Positions 27,627 to 34,489 of a DNA stretch of 45,709 nucleotides are shown piece after piece. The DNA is taken from assembly GCA_016213845.1 (NCBI GenBank), contig JACQZN010000062.1, positions 1-45,709 of the forward strand, in the 5' to 3' direction. A model generated the notes under the pieces. It was given only the letters and a program-made list of their open reading frames with translations, had not been told where the DNA came from and ran no database searches. This stretch comes from Candidatus Wallbacteria bacterium. Its GTDB lineage: Bacteria > Muiribacteriota > UBA6191 > JACPRK01. Positions within the stretch are counted from its first letter, which is position 1. Every line of letters begins with the position of its first letter. The position numbers and the translations under genes are program-made.

Positions 27627-29168
27627 GTGACGCAGACGACGACCGACACCGATGCGGAGCTGCTCCACCGGCTTGGCTATGCGCAAGAGCTCTGGCGCCG
27701 GATGGGAGGCTTCGCCAACTTCGCCGTCTCCTTCTCGATCATCTCCATCCTCTCGGGCGCCATCACCTCGTTCGACCTGGGGCTGGCTTCCGTCGGACCG
27801 GCCCAGATGGGAATCGGCTGGCCGGTGGTCTGCCTCTTCTCCCTGGCGACTGCGATGGCAATGGCCGAGATCGCCAGCGCCTTCCCGACGGCGGGCGGGC
27901 TCTACCACTGGGCCGCCATCCTGGGCGGCAACGGCTGGGGCTGGTGGACGGCCTGGTTCAATCTGATCGGTCTGGTCACCGTGCTGGCCGCCATCGACTT
28001 CGGCGCGGCGGCCTTCCTGCTCGGGTGGGCAGGGCCGCTCGTCGGGCTCGACCTTGCTGCCAGCTCGCCCGCGGCAGCCCAGGCATGGAAGGTGGCCCTG
28101 ACGGCGGCCTTCCTCCTCTCACAGGGCTGGATCAACCACCGGGGGATTCGACTGACGGCACTGGTGACCGACCTGTCCGCCTGGGTCCACATGGCGGGCG
28201 CCGCCCTTCTGACCGCCTCCCTGCTTGGGCTGGCGCGCGCCCAACCGGTCGGCTACCTCTTCGAGTGGATCAACTTGACTGGCTCTCTCGGGGAGGCCGG
28301 ATTTCCGAGGACCGAATCGATGCCGTGGGCGTTCGTGCTGGGGATGCTCATGGCGGCCTACACCTTCACGGGTTACGACGCTTCGGCGCATACGGCCGAG
28401 GAGACCGTCGACGCGGCCAACAAGGTGCCCTGGGGAATGGTGATGGCTGTGGTCGTCTCGGGTGTGTTCGGGTACCTGATGCTTGTGGCGGTGACGCTCT
28501 CCGTTCGGGACCCGCGTCAGGCGCTGGCCTCGGGCGGGGCCGTCATCCACGTGATGCGCCAGGGGTTGCCAGAGTGGCTCTCGCTCGTGCTCCTCGGCAT
28601 CATCTCGCTGGCGCAGTACTCGTGCGGGCTGGCCACGGTGACGAGCCTCTCGCGGATGATCTACGCCTTTGCTCGCGACGGCGGTCTTCCCGGCTCGCAC
28701 CTCTTCAGCCGAGTGAGCCCTGCGACCCGGACTCCAGCGCACGCCATCTGGCTGGGGTCTGGACTGGCCCTGGCCTTCACTCTCTACACGCCGGTCTACG
28801 CGACGATCACCTGCGTGGCCACCATCTCGCTCTACATCTCCTACGCCATCCCGCTCGCCCTGGGGTTGCGTGCGCGCGGCGTCGAGTGGAAGCAGATGGG
28901 GCCCTGGACTCTCGGCAGGATCGGTCCGCCCGTGGCCGCCACGGCCGTCGCCTGGGTCGCCTTCGTCTGTGTCATCCTCGTGCAGCCGCCCAATCGGCTG
29001 GCACTCTGGACGATGCTGGCGTGCGCGGGCTTGCTCGCTCTCTACTGGTTCGCGTACGCCCGGCGCACCTTCCAGGGTCCGCCTCGCGGGCTTCTCAGCC
29101 GCCAAAGGCAGGCCGAGTTGCAGGCAGTGGAAGACCGGCTTTCCGGGCAGACTCCGCAGGCGAAGTAG
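27627..29168 (+). CDS. APC-superfamily amino acid / amine permease
   Basis: 12-TM APC pattern (GGFANFAVSFSIISILSGAITSF... ; ...GYDASAHTAEE...). Start placed at GTG 27627, just upstream of ELLHRLGYAQELW. The 61 codons of the track ORF upstream of it are the translated repeat element, not protein. Confidence 0.75.
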   Translation: MTQTTTDTDAELLHRLGYAQELWRRMGGFANFAVSFSIISILSGAITSFDLGLASVGPAQMGIGWPVVCLFSLATAMAMAEIASAFPTAGGLYHWAAILGGNGWGWWTAWFNLIGLVTVLAAIDFGAAAFLLGWAGPLVGLDLAASSPAAAQAWKVALTAAFLLSQGWINHRGIRLTALVTDLSAWVHMAGAALLTASLLGLARAQPVGYLFEWINLTGSLGEAGFPRTESMPWAFVLGMLMAAYTFTGYDASAHTAEETVDAANKVPWGMVMAVVVSGVFGYLMLVAVTLSVRDPRQALASGGAVIHVMRQGLPEWLSLVLLGIISLAQYSCGLATVTSLSRMIYAFARDGGLPGSHLFSRVSPATRTPAHAIWLGSGLALAFTLYTPVYATITCVATISLYISYAIPLALGLRARGVEWKQMGPWTLGRIGPPVAATAVAWVAFVCVILVQPPNRLALWTMLACAGLLALYWFAYARRTFQGPPRGLLSRQRQAELQAVEDRLSGQTPQAK

Positions 29169-29304
29169 GACTCGGGCGCCCGTTGCCGGAAGCGAGTCAG
29201 CGTTTACTCGTATCCCGGGTCACGATTGTGTCGCCTGGCAGGGCTCTTGCGGTTCGAGTTCGGACGCGATCCCGCGTTGCACGGCGCCCGAAAAGGGGGG
29301 CCGA

Positions 29305-30453
29305 ATGATCGTCACCCACGATTCCGCTACGGACTTTGCCCCGCCGATGCGGGCATCCGAGGAAGACCTCGAGCGTCAGCAGCGCCAGCTGCTCGAGACG
29401 CAGTATCTGCCGATGCTCTTCGACGCGGTCGACGAGATGATCCTCGTCCTGAACCGCGAGCGCCAGATCGTCTTCGCCAACAACGCGTTCAAGCGTGTGG
29501 TCGATGCCCGGGATGTAGAGACGGTCTGCGGGCTCCGGGTGGGCGAGGCGCTCGACTGCATCCATTCCGCCGAGCGCGAATCCGGTTGCGGGACCACGAA
29601 GTTCTGCGCCGAATGCGGCGCGGCGCGCGCCATCCTGCAGAGCGCCGAGGGCGGCTCCCGGGTCGAGGAGTGCCGCATCACCCGCAAGGGAACCGGGGAG
29701 GCCCTGGACCTGCGCGTCCACGCGGCGCCGTTGACGCTCGGCGGCTACTCCTACACCGTCTTCTCGCTTCGAGACATCAGCAGCGAGAAGCGGCGCCAGG
29801 TGCTGGAACAGATGTTCTTCCACGATCTTCTCAACACCGCCACCCTGGTGCGGGGACTGGCCGAGGTCTTCGGTCTCAGCGGGGCCGCCCGTCAGGAGGA
29901 GTTCCGTAACAAGATCGTGACGGGGGCGCAGCGGCTGGTGGAGGAGATTGCCAGCCAGAAGATGTTGCTGGCGGCCGAGCAAGGGGAGCTGGTCTGCTCG
30001 ACGGCGCTGATAGATACTCTCGAGTTCGTGAAGCGGAGCGTCTCCGGCCTCAAGGAGCTCGACCTCGCCCGGGGCCGGGAGCTGGTCCTCGCCCCGGAGT
30101 CGGTAGCGGCTGCGATGTCGACCGATCAGGGGCTTCTGTCGCGGGTGCTCGGAAACATGATCAAGAACGCGCTCGAGGCTTCACAGCCCGGGGAGCGCAT
30201 CGTCGTGGGTTGCGCCCCCCAAGACGGCGGCGCCCGGTTCTGGGTCACCAACGCCGCCGTCATGCCTCGCAGCGTGCAGCTCCAGGTGTTCCAGCGCTCT
30301 TTCACCACGAAGGGCACCGGTCGCGGCGTTGGCACCTACAGCATGAAGATGCTGGCGGAGCGTTACCTCAAGGGCCGCGTTGGCTTCGTGTCCGCCCAGG
30401 GTTCTGGCACGACCTTCGAAGTCTGGCTTCCGTCGATGCTTCCGAGCCCGTAG
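29305..30453 (+). CDS. Soluble PAS-domain sensor histidine kinase with a Cys cluster in the PAS domain
   Basis: ATG 29305 with AAAAGGGGGG upstream. PAS region (MILVLNRERQIVFANNAFKRVV...) containing C75, C85, C95, C101 and C104. H-box FFHDLLNTATLV, followed by HATPase_c (LGNMIKNALEAS, TKGTGRGVGTYSMK). No TM segments. Confidence 0.8.
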   Translation: MIVTHDSATDFAPPMRASEEDLERQQRQLLETQYLPMLFDAVDEMILVLNRERQIVFANNAFKRVVDARDVETVCGLRVGEALDCIHSAERESGCGTTKFCAECGAARAILQSAEGGSRVEECRITRKGTGEALDLRVHAAPLTLGGYSYTVFSLRDISSEKRRQVLEQMFFHDLLNTATLVRGLAEVFGLSGAARQEEFRNKIVTGAQRLVEEIASQKMLLAAEQGELVCSTALIDTLEFVKRSVSGLKELDLARGRELVLAPESVAAAMSTDQGLLSRVLGNMIKNALEASQPGERIVVGCAPQDGGARFWVTNAAVMPRSVQLQVFQRSFTTKGTGRGVGTYSMKMLAERYLKGRVGFVSAQGSGTTFEVWLPSMLPSP

Positions 30454-30466
30454 CGGGTGGGCGGGG

Positions 30467-32155
30467 TCATCCCGAGTAGGCTTCGTCCTGTTCGATGGCG
30501 GACAGCACCCAGCCGAAACGGCCGGAGGTGATCTTGGAGCCGCAATGCCCGCAGACTCCGGCCTGATCGACCTTCATCGGCGCACCGCAGCCCGGGCAGC
30601 TGGTAAAGTCGGAATCCGATGTGGCTGGAGGCGACGCGGGCTGAAAGTCCCCGGTGCCCGAACGGCGAATCCAGGTCCAGTACTCGCTGAACTCCCGGGG
30701 GTGCTCCTTGGAGCCGGCCACGAGGCCGCTGCCGGACTCGAGCGTGTAGTCGAGCATCGAGGCGAAGATGCGCACGGTCAGCGAGTCGTAGTAGGCGTCG
30801 GAAGAGACCTTCGCCAGTTCGATCTTCCCGACCTTCACGTCCTCGCAGCGATTGGTGAGCGCCGACGAGATGTAGCGTTCGATCCAGAATCGGTGCGTCT
30901 GGAAGAGGTGGTCTGTCTCGAAGGGGCGAATCGCCTCCCAGTTTCTTTCACTCCAGGCCTTTTGCAGGGTCAGGAAAGCCGTCTGCACGTGCTTCTGGAA
31001 CTCGGGCCAGGAGAATCCGGGGTGCCTGGCCTGGAAGTCTCGGCGACGCGCCGCCAGATCGGGCGCCAGAACGGTCGGCGCTCGCGTGCCTGCCTCGGCG
31101 CCTCCCAGGCTTTGAGGATCGATCAACTCTCGCCGCTGGCGCCGCCAGCTCCTGACGGCGCTGACGGTCCAGCCGAGCTTGCCGTCGAGTACGGGCTGGT
31201 CGCAGAAGGTGCACGTACCGTTGGGTCTCACTTCCACGGGAGAGCCGCAGCTGGGGCAGGTGAGTGAGGTCGCCTCTTCGGGTGCGCGGGAAAGTACACC
31301 GGACGCTCGGCGAAAGGTCCACGACTCCTCCACGAAGAGCGACTCGACATAGCTGGTGCAGCCTGCGGGCGCGTGGCGCTCATCGAGGTTGGCCTCGAAG
31401 AGGACGTCGATCTCGGCGTGGTGGCCGAACGGGCGGATGTCCCTGAGGTGGGCGCTGCCGATGACGACGGCTTCGACGGCGGACAGGGCCTGGATCCCCT
31501 GGGGGCGGGCTGCCGCATGCCACGCCTCGATGACGCGCCGGGAGACGTACGGCGCCAGCGGCGCCCACTCCCGGGTGCCGCGCGCCGCCTGGGCACGGGC
31601 GAAGACCAGGTGGACGAAGTCGAGGAAGACGGGCTCCGAGAAGTTCGGGTCCATCTTGCGAAGCCGCTCGAGCTTGAAGGCGAGGTCGGGTCTCGGACGC
31701 GAAAGAGCGGCCGAGTCGTTCAGCAGAGCCTCCGGCGGCGTCGGCAGGCGCGCAAGGACCCACCGTCTGACGTCAGCCACGGTGTCGTCGATCTCCGTCT
31801 GGAACCTCAGGTAGATGCCGCCGCCGACAGCCAGCGGCAGCCACAGAGGCCAGCCGTAGCGGAAGATCCACCAGACGATTCGGAAGAGCGCCAGGGGATC
31901 GAGCGGTTCTCCTGAACCGCCGCTCGAGTATCGGTATCCGGAGCCGCCGTAGGAGCCGCTGCCGTACGAGCGCGAGGAGCCGGACCATCCGCCGCCCGAA
32001 CGCGAGGAGCTGCTGGAGCTGTAAGAGCGACTGGGGGAGCTGGAAGGACGCGAGTAGCTCTGGCCGCCTCCCAGGCGCGCTTGAAGATTGCCTGCCGAGA
32101 GGGTGAGGTAGAGGGCTGCGGCGAGCGCTGCTGCGGTTATGACGCGGCGTGTCAC
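30467..32155 (-). CDS. Membrane protein with an N-terminal signal-anchor, a G/S/Y-rich low-complexity segment, a second TM, then two Tim44-like domains each followed by a CxxC...CxxC zinc ribbon
   Basis: GTG start at 32155 overlaps the upstream stop (GTGA). TM1 VITAAALAAALYLTLSAG. Low-complexity QSYSRPSSSPSRSYSSSSSSRSGGGWSGSSRSYGSGSYGGSGYRYSSGGSG (31912..32074). TM2 LALFRIVWWIFRYGWPLWLPLAVGGGIYL. Tim44-like (NTF2-fold) blocks: FLDFVHLVFARAQAARGTREWAPLAPYVSRRV... and FQKHVQTAFLTLQKAWSERNWEAIRPFETDHLFQTHRFWIERY...EYWTWIRR. Ribbons CPSCGSPVEVRPNGTCTFC (31202..31258) and CPGCGAPMKVDQAGVCGHCG (30542..30598). The 225 N-terminal codons of the track ORF are artefact. Confidence 0.7.
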   Translation of the reverse strand: MTRRVITAAALAAALYLTLSAGNLQARLGGGQSYSRPSSSPSRSYSSSSSSRSGGGWSGSSRSYGSGSYGGSGYRYSSGGSGEPLDPLALFRIVWWIFRYGWPLWLPLAVGGGIYLRFQTEIDDTVADVRRWVLARLPTPPEALLNDSAALSRPRPDLAFKLERLRKMDPNFSEPVFLDFVHLVFARAQAARGTREWAPLAPYVSRRVIEAWHAAARPQGIQALSAVEAVVIGSAHLRDIRPFGHHAEIDVLFEANLDERHAPAGCTSYVESLFVEESWTFRRASGVLSRAPEEATSLTCPSCGSPVEVRPNGTCTFCDQPVLDGKLGWTVSAVRSWRRQRRELIDPQSLGGAEAGTRAPTVLAPDLAARRRDFQARHPGFSWPEFQKHVQTAFLTLQKAWSERNWEAIRPFETDHLFQTHRFWIERYISSALTNRCEDVKVGKIELAKVSSDAYYDSLTVRIFASMLDYTLESGSGLVAGSKEHPREFSEYWTWIRRSGTGDFQPASPPATSDSDFTSCPGCGAPMKVDQAGVCGHCGSKITSGRFGWVLSAIEQDEAYSG

Positions 32156-32778
32156 TTGTCGTAGAATCGGGGGCGGTTGGGGAGCTCGTCCGGGTTGGCG
32201 GCCGAAGGGGGGAGGGGGCCCGACACCACGGTTCCGATGGCGTCCAGGGCAGCGAGCGCGCGAAGGGTCGCGGGGACGCCAGCTTCTCTGGCCGCCCTGA
32301 ACTGGTGGACGATGCGGTGTAAGTGGGAAGACTCGATCGCGCTGGCGACTCCAACATCCGGAAGCAGCACGAGCTCGTCCTCGAAGCTCGACTGGAACAC
32401 GAGAAGCCCTGTCCTGCCACGGGTTGCGGCCACGCTCTCGTCGACGAAGTGGATTCGCGCCTCCCGCTCCGCCTGCCGCCGCATCCTGCCCGTCGAGCAG
32501 AACGGCCGGCGCACGGCCGGCACCCGCGCCACCGCCAGCGTCGCCAGCGCGAAGGTCACCGCCAACACGGGCAGCAAGAGCTCCTGGTGCAGCTCCACGG
32601 GGCAGTAGACCAGCACGGCCAGGACCACGGCCGTCAGCGCGATCCCCACCGAAAGCTCCACGTCCCGGTAACTGCCGCATTGCCGGCGCCCCACGAAGAC
32701 CAGCTCCACGCACGTGAGCGCCTCGATCCGCTCGATCGCGGCCTCCACATCTTTCGCGAACTGCGCGTCGTCTCTCAT
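32152..32778 (-). CDS. Hypothetical 208-aa membrane protein (two TM helices) of unknown function, translationally coupled to the Tim44-like gene
   Basis: ATG 32778 (residue 92 of the track ORF). MRDDAQFAKDVEAAIERIEAL..., then two hydrophobic helices (VGIALTAVVLAVLVYCP / LLLPVLAVTFALATLAVARV) and a C-terminal soluble part. No family recognised. Confidence 0.5.
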   Translation of the reverse strand: MRDDAQFAKDVEAAIERIEALTCVELVFVGRRQCGSYRDVELSVGIALTAVVLAVLVYCPVELHQELLLPVLAVTFALATLAVARVPAVRRPFCSTGRMRRQAEREARIHFVDESVAATRGRTGLLVFQSSFEDELVLLPDVGVASAIESSHLHRIVHQFRAAREAGVPATLRALAALDAIGTVVSGPLPPSAANPDELPNRPRFYDK

Positions 32779-32787
32779 CCCGGGCTC

Positions 32788-32817
32788 GCTTCCGGAGAAC
32801 CATACCACTCCGGAAGC
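32788..32817. promoter_or_regulatory. Perfect 10-bp inverted repeat GCTTCCGGAG-N10-CTCCGGAAGC, 10-40 nt upstream of the 208-aa gene start, in the divergent region shared with zwf
   Basis: Seen directly. On the minus-strand mRNA the 3' arm contains the only purine-rich SD-like element (GGAAG) before the ATG, so the hairpin would sequester it. Alternatively it is a dimeric TF operator. Confidence 0.35.
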
Positions 32818-32932
32818 CCCAACGAGGCACGGGCGCGCTTCGTGACTGGTGTTACAATTGGCTGGTCCCGCTCCGGCCCCTCCGCGGCCGGCACGCCGAC
32901 TGCCAGGCCGGGCCCCGCCCCAAGGAGAGCCG

Positions 32933-34480
32933 ATGACCGCAGATGGAATGGAGATCACGACCAGCGTCGTCGGCGCCTCTTCCGGCAGCCGCGAGCTGGC
33001 GCCCGATACCTGCCTGGTCGTTCTGTTCGGAATCACCGGCGACCTGGCCAAGCGAAAGCTCGTCCCCGCCTTCTACAACCTCGCACGCGACCGCAAGCTC
33101 CCCGAGGGGCTCCACATCATCGGCGTCGGCCGCGAGGAGATCCCCGCCGAGGACGTCATCGCCATGCACCGGAAGACGACGGAGAAGTTCTCGCGCAGCC
33201 AGCCGATCGAGGACGAGGTCTGGAACGACCTGGCCCGCCGCATCGACTACGTCGGCGGCGACTTCAACGAGGACAGCCTCTACGCCGCCCTTTACCAGAA
33301 GGTCCTGACGCTCGAGTCGTCGGGCGTCACCCGAAACAACCAGCTCTACTACCTATCCGTGCCGGCCCAGCTTTTCCCGAACATCCTGACGAAGCTGCGC
33401 AGGAGCCGACTGATGCCCGCCGTTGCCGCGTCACGCCTGCCGGCCTGGACCCGCGTCATGGTCGAGAAGCCTTTCGGACACGACCTCGACAGCGCCACCG
33501 AGCTCAACCGCCTGATGGCCGGCTTCCTGGACGAGAAGCAGATCTACCGGCTCGATCACTACCTGGGCAAGGAGACCGTCCAGAACATCCTGGTGTTCCG
33601 CTTCGGCAACTCCATCTTCGAACCGATCTGGAACCGCAACTTCGTTGACCACGTCCAGATCACGGCTGCCGAGAACATCGGCATCGAGGGGCGCGGCAAC
33701 TTCTACGAGCGCACCGGCGCCCTCCGGGACATCGTGCAGAACCACCTGCTGCAGGTGATGTCGCTCTGCGCCATGGAGCCGCCCATCTCGTTTCGCGCCG
33801 AGGATGTGCGCGACGAGAAGACCCAGGTGCTGCGGGCCATCCGGCCGATGTCGCCCGCGCAGGTTCGGCAGAACGTCGTCCGCGGCCAGTACGCGGGGTA
33901 CACCTCCGAGAAGGATGTCGCGCCCGATTCGACTCAGCCCACCTACGTGGCGCTCAAGCTCGAGATCGACAACTGGCGCTGGAAGGGCGTGCCGTTCTAC
34001 TTGCGCGCCGGCAAGTCGCTCTCCAGGCGGCTCACGGAGATCCGCGTGCAGTTCCAGGCCGTGCCGCTCTCGCTCTTCGATTTCGACCAGAGCCACTGCC
34101 ACCTGCTGCGCCCCAACGTGCTCACGATCCGCATCCAGCCCGACGAAGGGCTGGTCCAGCAGTTCATGTGCAAGGTGCCGGGCGAGGAGCTGACCGCCGC
34201 CGCCGTGACGATGGACTTCAGCTACGACCGCGCCTTCGGGAAGTCGGTGCCGGAGGCCTACGAGCGGCTGCTGCTGGACGCGATGCGCGGGGACGCCACG
34301 CTCTTTGCCCGTCGCGACGCCGTCGAGCGCTCCTGGGAGCTCTGCATGCCGATCCTCGACGCCTGGGCCTCCGACCCCGAGATCCCGCTCCATTCCTACG
34401 CGCCCAGCAGCGCGGGCCCGGCCGCGGACGACGAGCTGCTGGCACGCGAGGGCCGCTGCTGGGAGCCGCTCAAGCCCTGA
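32933..34480 (+). CDS. zwf: Glucose-6-phosphate 1-dehydrogenase
   Basis: NADP-binding site FGITGDLAKRKL, active-site signature DHYLGKE, and the EKP / RIDHY context. ATG 32933 with AAGGAGAG 6 nt upstream. Confidence 0.9.
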   Translation: MTADGMEITTSVVGASSGSRELAPDTCLVVLFGITGDLAKRKLVPAFYNLARDRKLPEGLHIIGVGREEIPAEDVIAMHRKTTEKFSRSQPIEDEVWNDLARRIDYVGGDFNEDSLYAALYQKVLTLESSGVTRNNQLYYLSVPAQLFPNILTKLRRSRLMPAVAASRLPAWTRVMVEKPFGHDLDSATELNRLMAGFLDEKQIYRLDHYLGKETVQNILVFRFGNSIFEPIWNRNFVDHVQITAAENIGIEGRGNFYERTGALRDIVQNHLLQVMSLCAMEPPISFRAEDVRDEKTQVLRAIRPMSPAQVRQNVVRGQYAGYTSEKDVAPDSTQPTYVALKLEIDNWRWKGVPFYLRAGKSLSRRLTEIRVQFQAVPLSLFDFDQSHCHLLRPNVLTIRIQPDEGLVQQFMCKVPGEELTAAAVTMDFSYDRAFGKSVPEAYERLLLDAMRGDATLFARRDAVERSWELCMPILDAWASDPEIPLHSYAPSSAGPAADDELLAREGRCWEPLKP

Positions 34481-34489
34481 GCGCCGCAC

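Noticed and set aside
29172-29181. 10-bp palindrome CGGGCGCCCG just after the permease stop
   Set aside because: It has a short stem, no T-tract and a GC-rich context. A palindrome of this size is expected by chance in GC-rich DNA.
32156-32830. N-terminal 225 residues of the 787-aa ORF, and similarly the N-termini of the 1149-aa and 621-aa ORFs
   Set aside because: These are Arg/Gly-rich artefact frames that overlap real upstream genes on the same strand in a different frame. The true starts were placed at GTG 32155, TTG 37201 and about 21770.
33431-34489. 352-aa minus ORF antisense to zwf
   Set aside because: zwf carries the DHYLGKE active-site signature. The antisense frame has no motifs.
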